Assembly: GCF_001457615.1 (NCBI RefSeq)
Contig: NZ_LN831024.1
Span: 6,240,001-6,272,000 of the forward strand
Direction of reading: 5' to 3'
DNA length: 32,000 nucleotides
From: Pseudomonas aeruginosa
Lineage (GTDB): Bacteria > Pseudomonadota > Gammaproteobacteria > Pseudomonadales > Pseudomonadaceae
The position numbers and the translations under genes were made by a program. Under the pieces are notes generated by a model that made no database searches, was not told the DNA's origin, and saw nothing but the letters and a program-made list of their open reading frames with translations. Positions 18,108 through 25,662 of the stretch are shown in pieces. Within the stretch, counting starts at the first letter, position 1. Every line of letters starts with the position of its first letter.

Positions 18108-18896
18108 ATGCGCCCTCTCCTCTTCAGTGCCCTTCTCCTGCTTTCCGGGCATACCCAGGCCAGCGAATGGAACGACAGCCAGGCCGTGGACAAGCTATTC
18201 GGCGCGGCCGGGGTGAAAGGCACCTTCGTCCTCTACGATGTGCAGCGGCAGCGCTATGTCGGCCATGACCGGGAGCGCGCGGAAACCCGCTTCGTTCCCG
18301 CTTCCACCTACAAGGTGGCGAACAGCCTGATCGGCTTATCCACAGGGGCGGTTAGATCCGCCGACGAGGTTCTTCCCTATGGCGGCAAGCCCCAGCGCTT
18401 CAAGGCCTGGGAGCACGACATGAGCCTGCGCGAGGCGATCAAGGCATCGAACGTACCGGTCTACCAGGAACTGGCGCGGCGCATCGGCCTGGAGCGGATG
18501 CGCGCCAATGTCTCGCGCCTGGGTTACGGCAACGCGGAAATCGGCCAGGTTGTGGATAACTTCTGGTTGGTGGGACCGCTGAAGATCAGCGCGATGGAAC
18601 AGACCCGCTTTCTGCTCCGACTGGCGCAGGGAGAATTGCCATTCCCCGCCCCGGTGCAGTCCACCGTGCGCGCCATGACCCTGCTGGAAAGCGGCCCGGG
18701 CTGGGAGCTGCACGGCAAGACCGGCTGGTGCTTCGACTGCACGCCGGAACTCGGCTGGTGGGTGGGCTGGGTGAAGCGCAACGAGCGGCTCTACGGCTTC
18801 GCCCTGAACATCGACATGCCCGGCGGCGAGGCCGACATCGGCAAGCGCGTCGAACTGGGCAAGGCCAGTCTCAAGGCTCTCGGGATACTGCCCTGA
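18108..18896 (+). CDS. poxB: Chromosomal class D beta-lactamase, OXA-50 family (PoxB)
   Basis: The internal ATG of ORF 17877..18896 gives a 262-aa protein, MRPLLFSALLLLSGHTQASEW. Class D motifs present: STYK, SNV, YGN, KTG(W). AGGA lies 7 nt upstream. Confidence 0.92.
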   Translation: MRPLLFSALLLLSGHTQASEWNDSQAVDKLFGAAGVKGTFVLYDVQRQRYVGHDRERAETRFVPASTYKVANSLIGLSTGAVRSADEVLPYGGKPQRFKAWEHDMSLREAIKASNVPVYQELARRIGLERMRANVSRLGYGNAEIGQVVDNFWLVGPLKISAMEQTRFLLRLAQGELPFPAPVQSTVRAMTLLESGPGWELHGKTGWCFDCTPELGWWVGWVKRNERLYGFALNIDMPGGEADIGKRVELGKASLKALGILP

Positions 18897-18908
18897 CGCT
18901 CTGCCGCC

Positions 18909-19316
18909 TCAGTCGCCGACCTTTTTCTGCCGGGACTGCCGCCACTCGTCGAGGCGAATCACCTCGGCGCTATGCACCGGCGGGTTGTCGACCTCGGCGG
19001 CCGCCTCGAAGCGATGCGGGGCCAATTCGATGGCGCCGAGGTGATAGCCATACATGACGATGCGCCCGGCGTAGCGTTCCTCGCCGCTGACGGTGAATTC
19101 GAAACCGAACTCGCGGCTCAGCCGCCACTGACCACGGTGGTCACGGGCCAGGCGCAGGCGCCGGCGCGCGACATTCTCGTCGAGCAGTTCCACGCCCTGC
19201 TTGGCGCAATGCTGCTTGGCCAGCAGCAACGCCCGCTCGCGTACGCCATGGGCGCGCCACCACCAGGCTGCGGCGGCGCCCAACAGGAGCATGACGAAAA
19301 GGTTACCCAGGGTCAC
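18909..19316 (-). CDS. DUF3301-like small membrane protein
   Basis: Frame of ORF 18909..19409. One N-terminal TM (LGNLFVMLLLGAAAAWWW) followed by a basic soluble part. Using ATG 19409 would leave only 32 bp to the divergent pdxY ATG. I therefore prefer GTG 19316 (135 aa) or ATG 19292 (127 aa). The start is uncertain. Confidence 0.55.
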   Translation of the reverse strand: MTLGNLFVMLLLGAAAAWWWRAHGVRERALLLAKQHCAKQGVELLDENVARRRLRLARDHRGQWRLSREFGFEFTVSGEERYAGRIVMYGYHLGAIELAPHRFEAAAEVDNPPVHSAEVIRLDEWRQSRQKKVGD

Positions 19317-19441
19317 GAGCGGAATCCGGTGTAGGGGGACGGCCAGCTTACCCGTTCTCCCGGCAGGCAGCGAGTGGGGGGTGTTTTCGCCATGTGAATT
19401 AGCCCCCATACTGCGCCGACTCAGCTGTAGGAAGTCGTCTC

Positions 19442-20314
19442 ATGCCACGTACGCCCCACCTGCTCGCCATCCAGTCCCATGTGGTCTTCGGCCACGCCGG
19501 CAATGCCGCGGCGGTGTTCCCGATGCAGCGCATCGGAATCAACGTCTGGCCGTTGAACACGGTGCAATTCTCCAACCACACCCAGTACGGTCAATGGACC
19601 GGGCAGGTGCTGCCGCCGGAGCAGATTCCGGCGCTGGTGGACGGTATTGCCGGCATCGGCGAACTGGGCAACTGCGACGCGGTGCTGTCCGGCTATCTCG
19701 GCAGCGCCGCCCAGGGCCGCGCCATTCTCGATGTGGTGGCACGGATCAAACAGGCCAACCCTCGGGCGTTGTACCTCTGCGACCCGGTCATGGGCCACCC
19801 AGAAAAAGGCTGCATCGTGGCCCCGGAAGTCAGCGACTTCCTGCTGGAAGAAGCCGCCGCGGTCGCCGACTACCTGTGCCCCAACCAGTTGGAGCTGGAC
19901 AGCTTCTGCGACCGCCAGCCGAACTCCCTCGCCGACTGCGTGGAAATGGCACGGAGCCTGCTGGCACGCGGTCCCAGGGCAATCCTGGTAAAGCACCTGA
20001 ACTATCCGGGCAAGGCCGGCGACACCTTCGAGATGCTGCTGGTGGCCGCCGATCAGGCCTGGCACCTGCAACGCCCGCTGCTGGCCTTCCCGCGGCAACC
20101 GGTCGGGGTCGGCGACCTGGCCTCGGGGCTGTTCCTCTCTCGCCTGCTGCTCGGCGACGACCTGCGTAACGCCTTCGAATTCACCGGCGCCGCGGTCCAT
20201 GAAGTGCTGCTGGAAACCCAGGCCTGCGGCAGCTACGAGCTGGAGCTGGTGCGGGCGCAGGATCGGATCGCACATCCACGTCTCAAATTCGAAGCTCGCT
20301 CACTCGCAATGTAG
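19442..20314 (+). CDS. pdxY: Pyridoxal kinase PdxY
   Basis: [44 protein letters not shown] is the characteristic PdxY N-terminus. Ribokinase-fold GVGD motif (PVGVGDL). Confidence 0.92.
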   Translation: MPRTPHLLAIQSHVVFGHAGNAAAVFPMQRIGINVWPLNTVQFSNHTQYGQWTGQVLPPEQIPALVDGIAGIGELGNCDAVLSGYLGSAAQGRAILDVVARIKQANPRALYLCDPVMGHPEKGCIVAPEVSDFLLEEAAAVADYLCPNQLELDSFCDRQPNSLADCVEMARSLLARGPRAILVKHLNYPGKAGDTFEMLLVAADQAWHLQRPLLAFPRQPVGVGDLASGLFLSRLLLGDDLRNAFEFTGAAVHEVLLETQACGSYELELVRAQDRIAHPRLKFEARSLAM

Positions 20315-20361
20315 GAATCTGACATATCATTCTCGGTCTTCCGACAGAGATAGACCGACGA

Positions 20362-21564
20362 ATGAGCCCCACCAGCGCCCTACCTGCCCTAGCCTGCCTG
20401 GCTGTTGCGCTCGCCACCTGTGAGTTCATTCGTCGCCTTGGCAGCGCGCGCCTGCCCGCTTCCCGGTTCGTCACCATCGACGGCCTGCGCGGTTACCTGG
20501 CGTTCTTCGTTTTTCTCCATCACTCGTCCATCTGGTACTACTACCTGAAGGATGGTCTCTGGCAACTACCGCCGTCCCGGCTCTACGCCCATTTCGGCCA
20601 GACCAGCGTCGCGCTGTTCTTCATGGTCACCGGCTTCCTCTTCGCTCACAAGCTCCTGCACAGCCGCGGCACGCCGATCAGATGGCTGGATGTCTATGCA
20701 TCGAGGATTGCCCGGCTGCTCCCAGCCTATCTCCTGGCAATGGCACTGCTATTCCTTTTGGTGTTCACGGCCACCGGCTTTTCCCTACGCGAGGCGCCCT
20801 CGGCCCTGCTTGGCAAGATGCTCGACTGGTTGCTCTTCTCGATACCGAGCAAGCCTGACATGAACGGTTTCATCGGGACATTCCGCATCGTGGCAGGGGT
20901 GACCTGGACGCTGCCCTATGAGTGGTTGTTCTACTTCTGCCTGCCATTCCTCGGCGTCCTGCTCGGGAACCGTCCTTCCCCAGTAGCCATGGCCATCATG
21001 GCAGGCATGATCTGGCTGGTACTGAAAGCCTGGCAGCCGAACTGGACGCTCGCCTATATGTTCGTCGCTGGTGGGTTGTCAGCGCTCGCGGTACGCTCGA
21101 CGCACCTGCAGCGATTCGCCGCGAGTATCCCCGGCAATCTCCTATGCCTGGCGCTCCTGCTCCTACCCGGAGTGCTCTTTCCCAGCGCCTATCAGGAAAC
21201 GGCGATCCTCATTCTCGGCCTGGCTTTCCTGCTGATTGCGGCGGGTTCGAGCCTATTCGGCCTGCTGACTCAAGCACTGTCCCGCTTCCTCGGCGAAATG
21301 ACCTACAGCATGTATCTGCTGCACGGGTGCATCCTATTCATCAGCTTCGAACTGCTGATCGGCAGGGACAACGCCAAGGCGTTTTCCGCTCTGGAACACT
21401 GGCTGGTCATAGGTGCGATCACTCCCCTGGTAGTGCTCGCGTCGTATCTATCCTTCCGTTTCATAGAAAGTCCGGCCATGCAACGCTCCAGGCAACTCAG
21501 CGCTCTGCTGGGCAAACCGATGCTGGCGCTCAAGCGCCTGGGCCGTCACCCGACTGCTGGCTAA
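20362..21564 (+). CDS. Acyltransferase family 3 (AT3/OafA-type) integral membrane O-acyltransferase
   Basis: 400 aa, about 10 TM segments. Carries the AT3 signature region RFVTIDGLRGYLAFFVFLHH with the conserved His and Arg. Hand-counted GC is mostly 50-60 percent versus 66-70 percent in flanking genes. Its stop overlaps the convergent DedA-like stop by 4 nt. Confidence 0.8.
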   Translation: MSPTSALPALACLAVALATCEFIRRLGSARLPASRFVTIDGLRGYLAFFVFLHHSSIWYYYLKDGLWQLPPSRLYAHFGQTSVALFFMVTGFLFAHKLLHSRGTPIRWLDVYASRIARLLPAYLLAMALLFLLVFTATGFSLREAPSALLGKMLDWLLFSIPSKPDMNGFIGTFRIVAGVTWTLPYEWLFYFCLPFLGVLLGNRPSPVAMAIMAGMIWLVLKAWQPNWTLAYMFVAGGLSALAVRSTHLQRFAASIPGNLLCLALLLLPGVLFPSAYQETAILILGLAFLLIAAGSSLFGLLTQALSRFLGEMTYSMYLLHGCILFISFELLIGRDNAKAFSALEHWLVIGAITPLVVLASYLSFRFIESPAMQRSRQLSALLGKPMLALKRLGRHPTAG

Positions 21565-22145
21565 AGAACGTATTTCCCCAACATCAACCCACCGACCACC
21601 ATCACCGCCATCAGTACGAAAGCCATGCCCAGGCGCCGCTCGATCAGGGTCTTCAGGCGTGGGCCAGCCCAGAACAGCAAAGCGCAGGTAGCGGCGAAGC
21701 GCAGGCTGCGGGCGACAAGGCTGAGGCCGACGAACAGCCAGAGGTCGAGCTGGGTCACTCCGCTGGTAATGGTGATCACCTTGTACGGCAGCGGCGTGAA
21801 GCCGCCGCCCAGCAGCACCATCAGCCAGCCCAGTTCGTTGTAGCGTTCGGCGACCTGTTCGAAGTTCTCCAGCAAGCCGTAGAACGCCAGGATCGGCATG
21901 GCCACGCTCTCGAACAGCAGCAAGCCGATGAAATAGCCGGCGATGCCGCCCAGCACCGAGCTGATCGCGCAGATCGCCGCGTAGCGCCAGGCCTTGGCCC
22001 GGTTGGCCAGGACCATCGGCACCAGCAAGGCGTCCGGCGGAATCGGGAAGAACGAGCTTTCGGCGAAGGTCACCCCGCCCAGGGCCAGCTCCGCGCGGGG
22101 ATGGCCGGCCAGGCGCAGGGTCCAGTCGTAGAGACGGCGCAACAT
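21561..22145 (-). CDS. DedA/SNARE-associated (YqaA-like) membrane protein
   Basis: ATG at 22145 follows the ybaL-like stop by 1 nt (TGAcATG). MLRRLYDWTLRLAGHP ... FAESSFFPIPPDALLVPM ... GFTPLPYKVITITSG is typical of this family. Confidence 0.8.
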   Translation of the reverse strand: MLRRLYDWTLRLAGHPRAELALGGVTFAESSFFPIPPDALLVPMVLANRAKAWRYAAICAISSVLGGIAGYFIGLLLFESVAMPILAFYGLLENFEQVAERYNELGWLMVLLGGGFTPLPYKVITITSGVTQLDLWLFVGLSLVARSLRFAATCALLFWAGPRLKTLIERRLGMAFVLMAVMVVGGLMLGKYVL

Positions 22146-22146
22146 G

Positions 22147-23850
22147 TCAGGCCGACTGCGGCAGCGGTGCGTCGGCGCCGCGCTCGTCACGGTCGAGTCC
22201 CAGGCGATGGACCATGCCGCAGGCGATCTCGCGCTCGCCCATGATCACCAGGTTGGCGCCGTTCTGCTCCAGGTAGTCCACCTCGGCGTCGAAATGCGCC
22301 CGGGCGACGATGTCCAGCGGCGGGTTCACCGCGCGGGCGTGGCTGGCGATCTGCCCGGCCTCGAAGCCGTTGGGAATGGCGATCAGCAACCAGCGCGCCT
22401 CGGCGATGTTGGCCAGTTCCAGCACGCCGGGACTGGCGGCGTTGCCGAGGACCACGCTGTAGCCCTGTTCGCGCAGTTCGTCGGCCTTATCACGCTTGTC
22501 CACCACCACCACGAAGGGCGTCCCGGCGGCGCGCAGGCGAGCGCTGACCAACCCGCCAACCCGGCCATGACCGATCAGCACCGCATGCTCGCGCTCCAGG
22601 ATCGGCGGCGGCAGGTCCTGCGCCGGCATCTCGCGAACCCCGCCAGCGGCCTCCGCCAGGCGCTGCTCCTTGCGTTGCTGCAGGCGATCGATGGCGATGA
22701 ACAGCAGCGGATTGACCAGGATCGACAGGATCGCCCCGGCCAGCACCAGGTCGCGGCTCTGCTCCGGCACCAGTTCGAGGCCAATGCCCAGGCCGATGAG
22801 AATGAAGGAAAACTCGCCGATCTGCGCCAGGCTGGCGGCGATCACCAGTGCGGTGCTGTTCGGATGGCCGAAAGCGCGGACGATCAGGTAGGCGGCCACC
22901 GACTTGCCGAAGACGATGACCAGGAAAGTGGCCAGGACCGTCAGCGGCTCCTGCAACAGGATCATCGGATTGAACAGCATCCCTACCGAGACGAAGAACA
23001 GCACCGCGAAAGCGTCGCGCAGCGGCAACGAGTTCTCCGCCGCCTCGTGGCTGAGCTCGGACTCGTTGAGAATCATCCCGGCGAAGAAGGCGCCTAGCGC
23101 GAAGGACACCCCGAACAGCACCGCCGAGCCATAGGCGATGCCCAGGGCAATGGCCAGCACGGCCAGGGTGAAGAGCTCCCGCGAACCGCTGGCGGCGATC
23201 CTCTCCAGCACCCAGGGCACCACCCGGCGACCGCCGAAGATCATCAGGGCGACGAAGGCGGCGACCTTGCCCAGGGTAATCAGCAGCGGCCAGAGCAGAC
23301 CGGCGTCGCCGCCGTCGGTCTTGCCGCCGAGGGTGCCGGCGAGCGCCGGCAGGAGCACCAGGGTCAGGACCATCGCCAGGTCCTCGACGATCAGCCAGCC
23401 GATGGCGATCCTGCCACGCTTGGTGTCCAGCAACTGGCGCTGCTCCAGGGCGCGCAACAGCACCACGGTACTGGCCACCGACAGGCTCAGGCCGAATACC
23501 AGGCCGCCGCCGAAGCTCCAGCCGAGCAGCTTGGCCAGGCCGATGCCAAGCAGCGTGGCGACGCCGATCTGCACCAGCGCCCCGGGAATGGCAATGGCCT
23601 TCACCGAGAGCAGGTCCTTGAGCGAGAAGTGCAGGCCGACGCCGAACATCAGCAGGATCACGCCGAGTTCGGCGATTTCCTGCGACAGCGCCTGGTCGGC
23701 GACATAACCGGGAGTGAACGGCCCGGCCAGGACGCCCGCGAGCAAGTAGCCGACCAGCGGCGAAATGCGCAGGCGATTGGCCAGGGCCCCGAAGAGGAAG
23801 GCGAGGACGAACCCCGCGGCGAGTGTAGTGAGTAACGGCGTATGGTGCAT
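22147..23850 (-). CDS. ybaL: CPA2-family cation:proton antiporter with C-terminal TrkA-N/RCK domain (YbaL/KefB-like)
   Basis: ATG at 23850 sits 5 nt after GGGAG. MHHTPLLTTLAAGFVLAFLFGALANRLRISPLVGYLLAGVLAGPFTPGYV is near-colinear with E. coli YbaL as I remember it. C-terminal Rossmann VLIGHGRVGG. The 48 in-frame upstream codons of ORF 22147..23994 were rejected. Confidence 0.9.
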   Translation of the reverse strand: MHHTPLLTTLAAGFVLAFLFGALANRLRISPLVGYLLAGVLAGPFTPGYVADQALSQEIAELGVILLMFGVGLHFSLKDLLSVKAIAIPGALVQIGVATLLGIGLAKLLGWSFGGGLVFGLSLSVASTVVLLRALEQRQLLDTKRGRIAIGWLIVEDLAMVLTLVLLPALAGTLGGKTDGGDAGLLWPLLITLGKVAAFVALMIFGGRRVVPWVLERIAASGSRELFTLAVLAIALGIAYGSAVLFGVSFALGAFFAGMILNESELSHEAAENSLPLRDAFAVLFFVSVGMLFNPMILLQEPLTVLATFLVIVFGKSVAAYLIVRAFGHPNSTALVIAASLAQIGEFSFILIGLGIGLELVPEQSRDLVLAGAILSILVNPLLFIAIDRLQQRKEQRLAEAAGGVREMPAQDLPPPILEREHAVLIGHGRVGGLVSARLRAAGTPFVVVVDKRDKADELREQGYSVVLGNAASPGVLELANIAEARWLLIAIPNGFEAGQIASHARAVNPPLDIVARAHFDAEVDYLEQNGANLVIMGEREIACGMVHRLGLDRDERGADAPLPQSA

Positions 23851-24130
23851 CAGGACTCCCGGCAACACGGGGAACGCGTCCTCCGCGGCCTGGCCGGCGG
23901 ACGACGACGTTCGAAATGGATCACGGACCCGCGCCCGTGACGGCAAGGCGGAAAGGCTTTCCGCCAACGGAGCCGGGCAGAGCGACCGGCCCATGGCATT
24001 CGAGCGACCCGACGGCGGCTATGGTTCCTGGCGAAACCCGGCGCGATACCGACAGGTTAACCCGTTGACGTTGCTGGAGTTTTAACAGGCACGCCGGTTT
24101 CTTATCAAGAAATGTCAGGAATGGACGCCA

Positions 24131-24156
24131 GCAGAGGCAAACCTCTGCGTTTTCTT
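24131..24156 (+). terminator. Canonical intrinsic terminator oriented on the plus strand, with no annotated plus-strand gene upstream
   Basis: GCAGAGG (24131-24137), loop caaa, CCTCTGC (24142-24148), then GTTTTCTT. On the minus strand the 3' flank is TGGCGTCC, not U-rich, so the orientation is plus. Confidence 0.45.
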
Positions 24157-24228
24157 ATGAAAAGCTGCGAAAATTCGCGAAACGGCAGCAGGTCCGAAGC
24201 GGGCTCGACCGGACACCGGCAGCCTTCC

Positions 24229-24711
24229 TCATCCGTCTTCGCGAATCGCCTGGTAGCGGGCCTCCAGCTCCGCGCGCAGCTGGCGGCGTTGTTGGGCCTG
24301 GGCGAAGCGGCGCTTCTGCTCGGCGGTTTCCAGCTCCAGCGGGCGGACGGCCACCGGCTTGCGCTCGTCATCCAGGGCGACCATGGTGAAGAAACAGCTG
24401 TTGGTATGACGCACGGACTGCTCGCGGATGTTCTCGGTGATGACCTTGACGCCGATTTCCATGGAAGTCCGCCCGGTGTAGTTGACCGAAGCGAGGAAGG
24501 TCACCAGTTCGCCGACATGCACCGGCTCGCGGAAGATCACCTGATCCACCGACAGGGTCACCACGTAGCGACCGGCATAGCGACTGGCGCATGCATAGGC
24601 GACTTCGTCGAGATACTTCAGGAGGGTGCCGCCATGGACATTGCCGGAGAAATTGGCCATGTCCGGAGTCATCAGCACGGTCATCGACAGTTGGTTGTTT
24701 CCGGGTTGCAT
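24229..24711 (-). CDS. Hotdog-fold acyl-CoA thioesterase (YciA/acyl-CoA hydrolase type)
   Basis: The internal ATG (24711) of ORF 24229..24825 gives 160 aa: MQPGNNQLSMTVLMTPDMANFSGNVHGGTLLKYLDEVAYACASRY, the typical thioesterase core, followed by a C-terminal charged helix. Confidence 0.84.
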   Translation of the reverse strand: MQPGNNQLSMTVLMTPDMANFSGNVHGGTLLKYLDEVAYACASRYAGRYVVTLSVDQVIFREPVHVGELVTFLASVNYTGRTSMEIGVKVITENIREQSVRHTNSCFFTMVALDDERKPVAVRPLELETAEQKRRFAQAQQRRQLRAELEARYQAIREDG

Positions 24712-24871
24712 AGCGCTTTTTCTCTCATCAGGACGGGCGGGGGACACCATAGACGCAAACGAAGACGGCAGCGGCCACAAATTTTCAATCGTCATGATCG
24801 AAATCGCGCCGGGTCGTGCAGACATCCGCGGGCTTTTCTAGACTGGCCCTTTTCCACCGGGAATCGCTCCA

Positions 24872-25615
24872 ATGCCTGCCGCCATACGCATCCTTCTCCT
24901 GGCCCTGGCCGTGCTTGCCGGCATCGGTGCCGCTGCCATCCAGGCCGAGGATACGCCCTGCGCCACCGCCGCGGAATGCAACACGCGCGGCACCCAGGCT
25001 TATCGACAGGGGAGTTATCCACAGGCGCTGGAGGCCTTCGCCTGGCAATTGCGCCTGGCCGAGCGCCAGGAACAGGGCGGAGCCGACTCGGAACAGGCGC
25101 TGAACAATCTCGCGCTGACCAGCCTCAAGGCCGGGCAACCGGGACGCGCCCGCGCCTGGATGAACCTGGCGCTGGATCGCGGCTACAGCGGCAAGGCCAC
25201 GCGCTACAACCTGGAACAGGTCGCCCTGAAAGTCGACTATCCGTCCCTCCAGGGCCTCGCCGGGCACTACCTGCGCTACGCCGGGCAGGCCGAATGGGAA
25301 AGCCTGCAGATCGAACCGGTGAAGGGCGGCTACCAGGCGAGCTTCGCCCTGATGCGCATCGGCAATCCGGAGAAACTGATGGAATATGGGCCCGCGGCGG
25401 TCGGCGAGCTGTCCGGTCGGCTGGAGGGGCAAGGCGCGCTCTACCGGCTGCGCAGCGAAGGCCTGGGCGCCGGCTGCAGCCTGCTGGTATGGCAGGAAGG
25501 CATCGACCTGCGAGTGGTGGAGAGCCTTGGCGGGAACTGCCAGGGTTACGGCGGCATGGGCATCGCCGCCGCCGGTAACTGGGTGAAGATATCCAGTCAG
25601 GCCAGGGACGACTGA
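24872..25615 (+). CDS. Secreted protein of unknown function (signal peptide; TPR-like N-terminal segment)
   Basis: MPAAIRILLLALAVLAGIGAAAIQA is a signal peptide. GC3-rich codon usage fits the host. I recognise no catalytic motif. Confidence 0.62.
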   Translation: MPAAIRILLLALAVLAGIGAAAIQAEDTPCATAAECNTRGTQAYRQGSYPQALEAFAWQLRLAERQEQGGADSEQALNNLALTSLKAGQPGRARAWMNLALDRGYSGKATRYNLEQVALKVDYPSLQGLAGHYLRYAGQAEWESLQIEPVKGGYQASFALMRIGNPEKLMEYGPAAVGELSGRLEGQGALYRLRSEGLGAGCSLLVWQEGIDLRVVESLGGNCQGYGGMGIAAAGNWVKISSQARDD

Positions 25616-25618
25616 AAC

Positions 25619-25657
25619 TTTTCCACAGGCCGCTCCAGCGGAGCGACCCGTGGAAAA
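25619..25657. terminator. Long composite stem-loop between convergent genes (putative bidirectional terminator, non-canonical)
   Basis: Outer arms TTTTCCAC (25619-25626) and GTGGAAAA (25650-25657); inner arms CGCTCC (25631-25636) and GGAGCG (25640-25645). It sits 4 nt after one stop and 6 nt before the other. The T-run is on the 5' side and the A-run on the 3' side in both orientations, so there is no classical U-tail. Confidence 0.45.
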
Positions 25658-25662
25658 TCCAC

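Noticed and set aside
23851-23994. 48-codon upstream in-frame extension of the ybaL-like ORF (start at 23994)
   Set aside because: ATG 23850 has a GGGAG SD at proper spacing and reproduces the YbaL N-terminus (MHHTPLL...). The extension (MGRSLCPAPLAESLSALPSRARVRD...) has no counterpart in the family as I remember it.
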